A DNA stretch of 61,761 nucleotides, the filler included. It is 6 parts of 6 records of this genome, joined end to end, with 100 filler letters (N's around TTAATTAATTAA, not from the genome) between each part and the next. Parts side by side here need not be neighbours in the genome. Positions count along the whole stretch, not along the records: positions 1 to 21,812 come from SRR20825010_200; positions 21,913 to 33,459 come from SRR20825010_206; 4 more parts are not named here. One strand, 5' to 3'. A program made the position numbers and the translations under genes. Position 1 is the first letter of the stretch, and each line of letters starts with the position of its first letter. This document shows positions 17,251 to 25,890 of this stretch, one piece after another. The notes under the pieces are model-generated. The model had not been told where the DNA came from. It saw only the letters and a program-made list of their open reading frames with translations, and searched no databases.

Positions 17251-18753
17251 ATGAGCGCCAAGCACTACGACATCGTGATAATAGGCGCCGGACTATCCGG
17301 TATCGGAACCGCTTGCCATCTCGCTCGCCGGTTTCCCAATAAAAGCATGGCCATTATCGAGCGACGGGAAAAAGTGGGCGGCACCTGGGATCTGTTCCGT
17401 TATCCCGGTATCCGCTCGGACTCCGACATGGCCAGCTTCGGTTTTGACTTCAAGCCCTGGTACTCCGAGAAGGTCTTGGCTAAGGGCGGAGATATCCGTG
17501 AGTACGTGGCGGAAACGGCCCGGGAGTTCGGCCTTTACGAGAAAGTGCAGTACGGCTTGAAACTGGATAATGCAGACTGGTCCAGCAATGAGCAGCAATG
17601 GACACTCTATACCCAGCATGAAGCCAGCGGCGAAAGCCGTGAATTCACCTGCGGGTTCATGGTGAATTGCACTGGGTACTACAACTATGACCATGGTTAC
17701 CGGCCACACTTCGACGGAGAAGAGAACTTCAAGGGCCAGATTATTCACCCGCAGCAATGGCCAGAAGAGCTGGATTACAGCGGCAAGAAGGTGGTGGTGA
17801 TTGGTAGTGGTGCCACGGCGATTACGGTAGTGCCGGCGATGGCGGAAAAAGCGGCCAAGGTGACCATGCTGCAGCGTTCGCCCAGCTACATTATGGCTAT
17901 GCCAGACACCGATAAAATAACCATGGCGCTGAACAAGGTACTGCCGAAAAAATGGGTGTTCAACATGACCCGTAAGCGAAATATCCTGATTCAGCGCGGT
18001 CTGTATCTGGCCTGTCAGCGTTGGCCAGAGCGTGCCCGAAAACTGCTGATCACCCACATGCACAAGCAGGCGCCAAACATCGATGTGCGACATTTCAGTC
18101 CAACCTATATGCCATGGGATCAGCGCCTGTGTGCTGCGCCGGATGGGGACTTCTTCACCAGCCTGCGTTCCGGCAAGGCGGATATCGCTACCGATCATAT
18201 TGAGCGTTTTGATGAAACCGGCATCGTGCTCAAATCCGGGCAGCACCTCGAGGCGGACATTATTGTTTCTGCCACGGGTCTGGATGTGCAGTTAATGGGT
18301 GGTCTGGAATTGAAACTGGATGGCGAGTCGGTCGCACTGCCCAGGAAGATGACCTACAAGGGCATCCTGATTCAGGATATTCCCAACTACGGCTGGATCT
18401 TCGGTTATACCAATGCGCCCTGGACGCTCAAGAGTGACATCGGCGGGCAATATCTGTGTCGCCTGTTAGCCTACATGGAAAAACAGGGCTTCAGCGCGGC
18501 CACGCCCGTGGACCACGGCGATAACATCACCGATACCGGTATGCTGGATGGTTTTGCCCCAGGTTATATCAATCGAGCTAAAGATCGCATGCCCCGCCAG
18601 GGTAAAGAGGCGCCCTGGGCGGTGACCATGCACTATGGCAAGGACAAGGACACCCTGGTCAATCAGGCCGTGGATGACGGCATTCTGGCTTTTTCCACGC
18701 CAGCCAAGGCTGCCCGCCATGACAATGTTCAGCCGATCAAGGCAACGGCATGA
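17251..18753 (+). CDS. Flavin-binding monooxygenase, AlmA/EthA-like Baeyer-Villiger type
   Basis: GAGLSG, GGTWDLFRYPGIRSDSD, FKGQIIHPQQWP fingerprint, GSGATA, LQRSPSY, ATG, GYTNAPWTLK. Confidence 0.92.
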   Translation: MSAKHYDIVIIGAGLSGIGTACHLARRFPNKSMAIIERREKVGGTWDLFRYPGIRSDSDMASFGFDFKPWYSEKVLAKGGDIREYVAETAREFGLYEKVQYGLKLDNADWSSNEQQWTLYTQHEASGESREFTCGFMVNCTGYYNYDHGYRPHFDGEENFKGQIIHPQQWPEELDYSGKKVVVIGSGATAITVVPAMAEKAAKVTMLQRSPSYIMAMPDTDKITMALNKVLPKKWVFNMTRKRNILIQRGLYLACQRWPERARKLLITHMHKQAPNIDVRHFSPTYMPWDQRLCAAPDGDFFTSLRSGKADIATDHIERFDETGIVLKSGQHLEADIIVSATGLDVQLMGGLELKLDGESVALPRKMTYKGILIQDIPNYGWIFGYTNAPWTLKSDIGGQYLCRLLAYMEKQGFSAATPVDHGDNITDTGMLDGFAPGYINRAKDRMPRQGKEAPWAVTMHYGKDKDTLVNQAVDDGILAFSTPAKAARHDNVQPIKATA

Positions 18754-18779
18754 GCAGGGCGCGTAAAAAGGAGACCATC

Positions 18780-19607
18780 ATGACGAACGGTGATAACAGC
18801 AAGGCACCAGTGCTATTGGTGCACGGCATGTGGAGCGATGCGAATACCTTGCAGGAGCTTCGTGATGCCTTTGACGATGCAGGCTACAACGTGGAGGCGT
18901 TAACTCTGCCGTTCCATCGCAGCAAGCAGGAGCACAGCTCATCCAGTCTGGCGGCATTGGCCAATGCCAGGCTGGAAGATTATGTGGATGCCATCGTTGA
19001 GACGATACAGCGCCAGCCCCGCCCGCCTATTCTGGTGGGGCATTCCATGGGGGCCCTTCTGGCACAGTTGGCGGCAGCCAAGGTGCCTTGTGAGCGGTTG
19101 ATACTGTTGTCTTCAGCGGCGCCGGCAGGCATCAATGGCCTGGGAATCTCAGTGATTCGGACTCTGGGGCGCAATATGTTGCGTTTCCCGCTGTGGAAGA
19201 AATTTACCGAGATGCGCCTGGCTAATGTGCAATACGGGGTGGCCAATCGTCAGACCCCGGAAGTGCAGAAGGAAATTACCGACAGCAGTACCTATGAATC
19301 CGGCATGGCGACCTTCCAGATCAGCATGGCGCCATTGCTGGGCCGCCGTTCCGCGGCCCATGTGGAGGTGAGCCGAATCCAGTGCCCGGTGTTGATTATC
19401 GGTGGGACCGAAGACCGCATCACACCGTTGCGGGTGCAGCGTAAAATCGCTCAACGGTTTGGTGATCAGGCCAGGCTGGTGGAAATTCAGGGGTGTTGCC
19501 ATTGGAGTGTCGGTGGCCGCTATTTCCCGCAAATTCGGGCGACCATGCTGGACTGGGTGGCCTCATCGGATGCGCCCACGGTAGCCGGTCGCGCCTCTGC
19601 AGCCTGA
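18780..19607 (+). CDS. Alpha/beta hydrolase (esterase-like)
   Basis: LVHGM, GHSMG, D-R-I-T-P, H-W; AAGGAG RBS (alternative start 18750 overlaps the upstream stop). Confidence 0.88.
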   Translation: MTNGDNSKAPVLLVHGMWSDANTLQELRDAFDDAGYNVEALTLPFHRSKQEHSSSSLAALANARLEDYVDAIVETIQRQPRPPILVGHSMGALLAQLAAAKVPCERLILLSSAAPAGINGLGISVIRTLGRNMLRFPLWKKFTEMRLANVQYGVANRQTPEVQKEITDSSTYESGMATFQISMAPLLGRRSAAHVEVSRIQCPVLIIGGTEDRITPLRVQRKIAQRFGDQARLVEIQGCCHWSVGGRYFPQIRATMLDWVASSDAPTVAGRASAA

Positions 19608-19615
19608 ACCCACAC

Positions 19616-19645
19616 AGCCCACCCTTATGGAGCCCAGGGTGGGCT
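19616..19645. terminator. Hairpin between convergent hydrolase and desaturase genes
   Basis: AGCCCACCCT-N10-AGGGTGGGCT perfect 10-bp stem. Confidence 0.55.
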
Positions 19646-19653
19646 ATAGCATC

Positions 19654-20541
19654 TCAGGCGGCCTTGTCGGCTACGGGCTTACGGGAAAAAATACCGATAA
19701 TCGGGGTGCCCTGGGCCTGCAGAATGGGCTCAATATCCCGGTGTAATGCGTGGTATTTGTAGAACGGCACACGCGGAAACAGGTGATGGATGGAGTGCAG
19801 GTTCTGGCCCAGCCAGAACCATTCCAGTGGCTTCATCCAGCGCGGCATGATCAGGCTATTGGTGTTGCGATAACGCTCATTCACCTTGTAGGGGTGATGG
19901 GGGCGATAGGCAAACCAGTAGGCAGTGAACAGCCCGCCGGTGTAATACCCCAGCAGAAGTACGACCACTGTACCGGGTTGGGTGACCATTATCAGGAAGG
20001 CAGCCCGCCAGCCAATCGACACCGCCAGCTCGGTGCAATAAATCAGCTTTTCCTTGAGCGATGCAGTGGACCAGCTGTGCTGTACGAAGAACGTATTCTG
20101 AACCCATTGAAAACGCAGCCCGGCGGCCAGTAATCCCAGTGGCCCTTTTTGCATTCCGCTGATAATAAAATCCGGATCCTTGCCTGGCTGGTTGGTATAG
20201 CGGTGGTGGGTGAAATGCTCGATGCGGTGCGAGGCATAGGGGATCGCAATAATGGGGGCGACCAGGTAACCGCATAAATCGTTGATCCACTTGCGGCGGT
20301 CATTCTGCCCGTGAATATTGCCGTGGGCGGCCTCGTGCAGGGGCGTGTAAGACATATACGTTAGTGCAGCGACGAGTAGGTAGGCGCCCCAGGCGGGCAG
20401 GGCGCCATTGGCAAACAACGTGAGTGTGGTAACAAAAGCCATCAACACACCCGCCGTCAGTAAAATTGTCGGCCAGGCGGTTTTCCCCATATAGTGCTTG
20501 GCACAGGCAATGGCCTGCTTGTTCAATGCTGCCGCATCCAT
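19654..20541 (-). CDS. Membrane fatty acid desaturase/hydroxylase family protein
   Basis: Three His boxes HEAAH, HFTHH, HSIHH plus RPHHP; GAGG RBS before ATG20541. Confidence 0.9.
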   Translation of the reverse strand: MDAAALNKQAIACAKHYMGKTAWPTILLTAGVLMAFVTTLTLFANGALPAWGAYLLVAALTYMSYTPLHEAAHGNIHGQNDRRKWINDLCGYLVAPIIAIPYASHRIEHFTHHRYTNQPGKDPDFIISGMQKGPLGLLAAGLRFQWVQNTFFVQHSWSTASLKEKLIYCTELAVSIGWRAAFLIMVTQPGTVVVLLLGYYTGGLFTAYWFAYRPHHPYKVNERYRNTNSLIMPRWMKPLEWFWLGQNLHSIHHLFPRVPFYKYHALHRDIEPILQAQGTPIIGIFSRKPVADKAA

Positions 20542-20671
20542 GATGTTGCCTCTTGTTGGTATCATCAGGGTAAACACTACGTTGACAGCGAAAAAACCAG
20601 AATAGCCACCGTGGCCAATCACCCTGCAGAAGTGGCCAGGGTGTGACAGGGCGGAACCAGCGGAACGGGCA

Positions 20672-21685
20672 ATGCAGCACTCAGATGATGACAAATTGCA
20701 CCCGGTGGCCATCAGTCAGGTCATGCTTAACTTTGCCCTGCGCAACGGCATCGACCAGCAGACCTGTCTGCTCGGCACGGGCATCTCGGAAACCGAATTG
20801 TCCAGTGGTGAGGGGTTGGTGACGCGGACCCAGGAAATGCGCCTGATCGAAAACCTGATGCTGGCTCTGCCAGAAGCGGGAGTGGGTGGCTTTGAACTGG
20901 GCTTGCAATACAACCTGGCCACCTTCGGTGTGTGGGGCTTTGCCCTGCGTACCTGCAAGACCCTGCGCGATGCTGTCTCTCTGGGGCTGCGCTACCTGCC
21001 ACTCAGCACCGCCTACTGCCGCATTACCGTTTGTGAGGACAGTGATGCGTTCGGTGTGATCTTCGACCCGGACCCCATCCCCCCACACCTGCGCCAGTTC
21101 CTTCTTGAGCGCGATATGGCGACTGCCCTCAACCTGGTGCGGGAAATCACCTTTCAGGGCGTGGAATTCAAGGGGGTGGAATTCACCGGTGAGCCGGATG
21201 TTGCTGCCTCGGCCATTGAAACCCTGTGCGGCATGGCTCCAGTCATCCATGCCAGTGCTAACCGTATTCTGGTCAATCGGGCGGGGGCCAGTCAGCCGTT
21301 CCCCGGTTACGATCCGGTGCTCACTCGCATGCTTGAACAGCAATGCCAGCAACGCATGGACACAGTGGAAAACAGTGGCACTGCGGGCAAGGTGCGCCAG
21401 AGATTGCTTGGTGAATTGGGGCTGGGTGCCACCCTCACCGACATGGCCAGCGAGCTGGCCCTTTCCACCCGAAGCCTGCGTCGCAAGCTGGAACAGGAGG
21501 GCACCAGCTACCGTGATTTGGTCGAAGAAGAGCGACGTCAGCTGGCCTTGCAACTTCTTGATAGCACCACCATGAAAATCGAGGAGCTGGCGGCTCACTT
21601 GGGGTATACCGATGCGGGTGGTTTCGTGCGTGCTTTTCGACGCTGGGAAGGGTGTTCCCCCAGTGCCTATCGCGGAAATGATTGA
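20672..21685 (+). CDS. AraC-family regulator (OruR/Arabinose_bd_2 type)
   Basis: FGVWGFAL, LSTRSLRRKLEQEGTSY, LGYTDAGGFVRAFRRWEGCSPSAYR. Confidence 0.93.
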   Translation: MQHSDDDKLHPVAISQVMLNFALRNGIDQQTCLLGTGISETELSSGEGLVTRTQEMRLIENLMLALPEAGVGGFELGLQYNLATFGVWGFALRTCKTLRDAVSLGLRYLPLSTAYCRITVCEDSDAFGVIFDPDPIPPHLRQFLLERDMATALNLVREITFQGVEFKGVEFTGEPDVAASAIETLCGMAPVIHASANRILVNRAGASQPFPGYDPVLTRMLEQQCQQRMDTVENSGTAGKVRQRLLGELGLGATLTDMASELALSTRSLRRKLEQEGTSYRDLVEEERRQLALQLLDSTTMKIEELAAHLGYTDAGGFVRAFRRWEGCSPSAYRGND

Positions 21686-21719
21686 TTGGGCACGGCGCTG
21701 ATGATTTACGAAGAGCCAT

Positions 21720-21751
21720 AAAAAAGGCCTCCCGTTTGGGAGGCCTTTTTT
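21720..21751. terminator. Bidirectional intrinsic terminator
   Basis: AAAAAAGGCCTCCC-GTTT-GGGAGGCCTTTTTT between AraC and the tRNA 3' end. Confidence 0.9.
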
Positions 21752-21754
21752 ATC

Positions 21755-21812
21755 TGGTACGCCCGAGAGGATTCGAACCTCTGACCTTTGCCTCCGGAGG
21801 GCAACGCTCTAT
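21755..21812 (-). tRNA. tRNA-Arg(CCG), 5' end truncated by contig end
   Basis: Reverse complement ATAGAGCGTTGCCCT-CCG-GAGGCAAAGGTCAGAGGTTCGAATCCTCTCGGGCGTACCA: anticodon arm, GGTTCGAATCC T-loop, CCA. Confidence 0.95.
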
Positions 21813-21912
21813 NNNNNNNNNNNNNNNNNNNNNNNNNNNNNNNNNNNNNNNNNNNNTTAATTAATTAANNNNNNNNNNNNNNNNNNNNNNNNNNNNNNNN
21901 NNNNNNNNNNNN
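21813..21912. other. Artificial contig spacer
   Basis: N-run, TTAATTAATTAA (stops in six frames), N-run. Confidence 0.99.
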
Positions 21913-21976
21913 GTCAGGTCCGGAAGGAAGCAGCCGCAACGAGTCAGCCTCGGGTTGATTGTTCAGCCTCCCACCT
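21913..21976 (+). ncRNA. ffs: Signal recognition particle (4.5S) RNA, 5' part truncated; 3' end approximate
   Basis: Helix-8 signature GTCAGGTCCGGAAGGAAGCAGC directly upstream of dnaX, the usual synteny. Confidence 0.92.
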
Positions 21977-22044
21977 CATTTGCTTTGGGCCATCAGTGCT
22001 TGAGGCACCGCATCCTGCGGAAATTTGCCAGTTCAGGGGCTTTG

Positions 22045-23898
22045 GTGGACGACAGCGTAGAAAATACGGCGCTAGATGCCTCCTCGGGTGCCTCGCAGCC
22101 AGATGATGAGCCCGGATTTGCCCTTTTGGGTGGTGAGGCCAAAACGCCCCGCCCTCAAGCCTCCGGCTATCAGGTTCTGGCGCGCAAATATCGTCCGTCC
22201 AGTTTCGAAGACCTTGTGGGTCAGGAAGCCATGGTTCGCACGCTCTCCAATGCGTTCGAGAGTGGCCGCATCGCCCATGCCTTCATGCTTACGGGCGTGC
22301 GCGGTGTGGGCAAGACCACGACAGCGCGCATTTTGGCGCGTGCGCTGAACTATGAAAATCCCGGCATCACAGCACCCACCATCCATATGGACGGTCCCGG
22401 CCTGCATTGCGATGCCATCATGGAAAGCCGTCACGTCGATGTGATGGAGATGGACGCCGCCTCGCGCACAGGCATTGGCGATATCCGTGAGATCATCGAG
22501 AGCGTGCGCTATCTGCCGGTCTCGGCGCGCTACAAAGTCTATATTATCGACGAAGTGCACATGCTCTCCAACGCTGCCTTCAATGGTTTGCTGAAGACGC
22601 TTGAGGAGCCGCCGGCTCATGTGAAATTCATTTTCGCCACGACCGAAATCCGCAAAGTACCCGTCACGGTTCTCTCGCGCTGCCAGCGCTTCGATCTGCG
22701 CCGTCTCGGTGTAGACGAATTGAGCGGTCTGCTTGGTCGCGTGTCCGAAAAGGAAGACGTAAAGGTCGAGGATGCAGCGCTGAAACTGCTTGCGCGCGCA
22801 GCCGATGGTTCCGCGCGTGATGGACTTTCATTGCTTGATCGTGCCATTGCGCATGGCTCGAACGGCGATGATGCAACGCAAGCCGTGCGCGAGGATGCCA
22901 TTCGCGACATGCTGGGCCTTGCCGACCGCGCCCGTATTTTCGATCTCTTCGATCTGTTGATGCAGGGCGATATTGCCGGTGCGCTGGGCGAGTTGCGTGC
23001 GCAATATGATGTGGGTGCTGATCCCGCTGTGGTCCTGTCTGATATGGCCGATCTCACCCATTGGTTGACGCGTCTAAAGCTTGTCGAAGGCGCGGCCGAT
23101 GATCTGGCCATGTCGGAAACCGAGCGCCTGCGCGGACAGGATATGTCGGGTAAATTGCCGATCCGTGTTCTGTCGCGTGTCTGGCAGATGTTGCTTAAGG
23201 GCATTGTGGAAGTGCAAGGCGCTGCGCGCCCCATTGCTGCTGCGGAAATGGTGCTGGTACGCATTGCCTATGTGTCGGATGGCCCCAGTCCTGAAGAACT
23301 TGTCGAACAGTTGAAGGGTGGTGGCGCGACCACGCGTTCGGCTCCCTCCGGTGCGTCTGGCCCGCCGGGTGGTGGTGCGCGTGCGCAATTGCGCACTGTG
23401 GCGAGCGCTAGCCAGGCAGATCGTCGTCCGGTTGCCACACAGGCCGTTGCCACATCTCCTTCGGCGCAGTTTGCCCGTTTCGAAGACGTGGTTGCCTATT
23501 TCGGTGCGCAGCGGGACATTCGGATGAAGACGGCGCTTGAAGCCGGTGTCCGTCTGGTGCGTTTCGAGGCAGGGCATATCGAGATCAAGCCACTGGCCGA
23601 TACGTCGGGCGATATAGCACGTGAACTATCGGAAAAGCTGACAAAGGCTTCAGGGCATCGTTGGGTTGTCTCTATTGCCACTGGATGGGCTGAGGCCGCG
23701 CCCACCATCAAAGAAATGCAGCAGACTCGCGAGGACGAGCTGAAAGCCAGTGCAGAGGCCGATCCTTTGGTACAAGCCACGCTTGCTGCTTTTCCCGGCG
23801 CAAAAATCGTCGATGTGCGCGATCCCTTGGCGGTCGAGCCTCTCGATTTGATGCCGGATGGATTTTCTCCCGACGACGAAATGGATTTGGACGAGTGA
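22045..23898 (+). CDS. dnaX: DNA polymerase III subunit gamma/tau
   Basis: YQVLARKYRP, GVRGVGKTT Walker A, IIDEVHML, LLKTLEEPP, SRCQRF; GTG start estimated. Confidence 0.97.
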   Translation: MDDSVENTALDASSGASQPDDEPGFALLGGEAKTPRPQASGYQVLARKYRPSSFEDLVGQEAMVRTLSNAFESGRIAHAFMLTGVRGVGKTTTARILARALNYENPGITAPTIHMDGPGLHCDAIMESRHVDVMEMDAASRTGIGDIREIIESVRYLPVSARYKVYIIDEVHMLSNAAFNGLLKTLEEPPAHVKFIFATTEIRKVPVTVLSRCQRFDLRRLGVDELSGLLGRVSEKEDVKVEDAALKLLARAADGSARDGLSLLDRAIAHGSNGDDATQAVREDAIRDMLGLADRARIFDLFDLLMQGDIAGALGELRAQYDVGADPAVVLSDMADLTHWLTRLKLVEGAADDLAMSETERLRGQDMSGKLPIRVLSRVWQMLLKGIVEVQGAARPIAAAEMVLVRIAYVSDGPSPEELVEQLKGGGATTRSAPSGASGPPGGGARAQLRTVASASQADRRPVATQAVATSPSAQFARFEDVVAYFGAQRDIRMKTALEAGVRLVRFEAGHIEIKPLADTSGDIARELSEKLTKASGHRWVVSIATGWAEAAPTIKEMQQTREDELKASAEADPLVQATLAAFPGAKIVDVRDPLAVEPLDLMPDGFSPDDEMDLDE

Positions 23899-24212
23899 AG
23901 AATTTCGCAGACATCATGAAAAAGGCGCAGGCCCTGCAGTCGAATATGGAGACGATGCAGGCCGAGCTTGACGCATTGGAAGTTGAAGGCACATCCGGCG
24001 GCGGTATGGTGCGTGTGACCATGAGCGGCAAAGGTCTTGTCAAAAGCGTTTCCATCGCGCCGGAGCTGATGAAGGAAGACGAGCGCGAAATTCTCGAAGA
24101 CCTGATCGTTGCTGCCTCAGCCGATGCGAAGGGCAAGTCTGAACAGATCGCTGCCGAGAAAATGAAAAGCATCACAGGTGGTCTTCCTATTCCGCCCGGT
24201 TTTGGTCTTTGA
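23895..24212 (+). CDS. ybaB: YbaB/EbfC nucleoid-associated protein
   Basis: MKKAQALQ, GTSGGGMVRV, EILEDLIVAA; dnaX-ybaB-recR synteny. Confidence 0.95.
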   Translation: MKNFADIMKKAQALQSNMETMQAELDALEVEGTSGGGMVRVTMSGKGLVKSVSIAPELMKEDEREILEDLIVAASADAKGKSEQIAAEKMKSITGGLPIPPGFGL

Positions 24213-24218
24213 TCGCGG

Positions 24219-24818
24219 ATGTCCGTCACCGGCCCTGAAATTGAACGGCTGATCCAGCTTCTTTCCAAGCTGCCGGGTCTCGGGCCGCGTTCGGCGCGTC
24301 GCGCTGTGTTGCAACTTATCCAGAAAAAGGAAACTTTGCTTGCACCGCTCTCCAATGCGATGGCGGACGCAGTGGAGAAAGCTTGCATCTGTTCCACATG
24401 CGGCAACGCCGATACGCAAGACCCCTGCACCATTTGCCGTGATCCCGGGCGTGATCCCGCTGTCTTGTGTGTCGTCGAGGATGTTGGCGACCTCTGGGCT
24501 TTGGAGAGGGCAACAGTGCATAAGGGCCGCTATCATGTGCTGGGCGGCGTGCTCTCTGCGCTGGATGGCGTCGGACCCAATGATCTGAATATCGGGGCGC
24601 TAGTCGAACGCGTCGGGAAGGGCGAGATCACGGAAGTCATTCTGGCAATGAATGCCACGGTGGATGGTCAGACAACGGCCCATTACATTACCGATAGGCT
24701 TGAGGGCTTAAACATCTCCGTCTCGCGCCTCGCGCATGGTGTACCGGTGGGCGGCGAGCTTGATTATCTCGATGACGGCACGCTGGCCGCCGCCATGAAA
24801 TCGCGCAGACCTTTCTGA
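24219..24818 (+). CDS. recR: Recombination mediator RecR
   Basis: [11 protein letters not shown] HhH, CxxC...Cxx[23 protein letters not shown]. Confidence 0.97.
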   Translation: MSVTGPEIERLIQLLSKLPGLGPRSARRAVLQLIQKKETLLAPLSNAMADAVEKACICSTCGNADTQDPCTICRDPGRDPAVLCVVEDVGDLWALERATVHKGRYHVLGGVLSALDGVGPNDLNIGALVERVGKGEITEVILAMNATVDGQTTAHYITDRLEGLNISVSRLAHGVPVGGELDYLDDGTLAAAMKSRRPF

Positions 24819-24822
24819 AGCG

Positions 24823-24852
24823 AAAAGGCGGAGCCAACGGGCGCCGCCTTTT
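24823..24852. terminator. Bidirectional intrinsic terminator
   Basis: AAAAGGCGG...CCGCCTTTT between convergent recR and pirin. Confidence 0.75.
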
Positions 24853-24871
24853 ATTTGTCATTTTCAGGTTA

Positions 24872-25750
24872 CTATGCGCTGACTGTCTCTTCCATTGTGC
24901 CGAAACGGCCTGCGTTGAAATCGGCAATCGCCTGATGGATTTCCGCTTCGCTGTTCATCACGAACGGGCCATAACCCACCACAGGTTCGTCGATCGGCTC
25001 ACCCGTCAGGATCAGCACAGTGGCCTCGCCTGAGGTTTCGATGAGCGCCTGCGCGCCTTCGCGTGACAGCGAGACGATCTCTGATGCCACAGCATCCTGC
25101 ATTCCATTGACTGTGATCCGACCTTTCAGCACGACAAGTAATGTCGTGTGCCCTTCCGGCAAATCAAAGCTGACACGCGCATCGGCATTGAGACGCGTAT
25201 CCCAGACATTGATCGGCGTGAAAGTGTGCGCCGGACCGGCATGGCCGTTGAACGCTCCGGCGATCACGCGGACCTGCCCTTGATCATCGGCAAGCTTGAC
25301 CGCCGGAATTTTGCTATCGGTGATGGCCTGATAACGCGGCTCGCTCATCTTGTCTTTGGCGGGCAGGTTCACCCAAAGCTGAACCATATGGAAGGGTCCA
25401 CCTGATTTCGTGAAGCCGTGCGAATGGAACTCCTCATGCAGAATACCGCCTGCCGCAGTCATCCATTGCACATCGCCACGTCCGATGATGCCGCCATTGC
25501 CCTTGCTGTCGCGATGGGCAACTTCGCCATCATAGACAATGGTTACAGTTTCAAAGCCGCGATGGGGATGCGTGCCGACACCGCGTGGTTGCAGAGTAGG
25601 TTCAAAGACATGCGGACCTGCATGGTCAAGCAGCAGAAACGGGCTGGTTTGATCGCTGTCCGCGCCATAGGAAAAGAGGGACCGCACCGGAAAACCGTCA
25701 CCCACCCAGTGCTTGTGGGGATTTGTGAGAATGCCCAGAACTTTTTTCAT
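24872..25750 (-). CDS. Pirin family protein
   Basis: HWVGDGFPVR, HPHRGFETVT, ILHEEFH, QLWVNLP, GPFVMN. Confidence 0.95.
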   Translation of the reverse strand: MKKVLGILTNPHKHWVGDGFPVRSLFSYGADSDQTSPFLLLDHAGPHVFEPTLQPRGVGTHPHRGFETVTIVYDGEVAHRDSKGNGGIIGRGDVQWMTAAGGILHEEFHSHGFTKSGGPFHMVQLWVNLPAKDKMSEPRYQAITDSKIPAVKLADDQGQVRVIAGAFNGHAGPAHTFTPINVWDTRLNADARVSFDLPEGHTTLLVVLKGRITVNGMQDAVASEIVSLSREGAQALIETSGEATVLILTGEPIDEPVVGYGPFVMNSEAEIHQAIADFNAGRFGTMEETVSA

Positions 25751-25890
25751 GGCTTTCATCTCCTGTTCGGGCCGGACGATGTCCGGCCTCCGTTGCCAAG
25801 AGATATAGGTCATTAGTGGCGTATGATTAGCCGCGCGGCTATGAACAGTGCGTTCCGTGTTTGAGATAATCGCGGAGGCTGTACCTTTGT

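Noticed and set aside
11840-21770. Integrative island at tRNA-Arg
   Set aside because: No integrase and no convincing duplicate of the tRNA 3' end; TGGTACG near 11846 is too short a match.
21857-21868. Recurrent TTAATTAATTAA palindrome
   Set aside because: Synthetic six-frame stop linker inside N spacers; ORFs running into the Ns are artefacts.
22045-23898. Programmed -1 frameshift site in dnaX
   Set aside because: No E. coli-type A-AAA-AAG slippery site with stimulatory hairpin noticed after domain III.
14156-25750. Two similar pirin genes as a duplication
   Set aside because: They lie on different contigs, apparently from different organisms.
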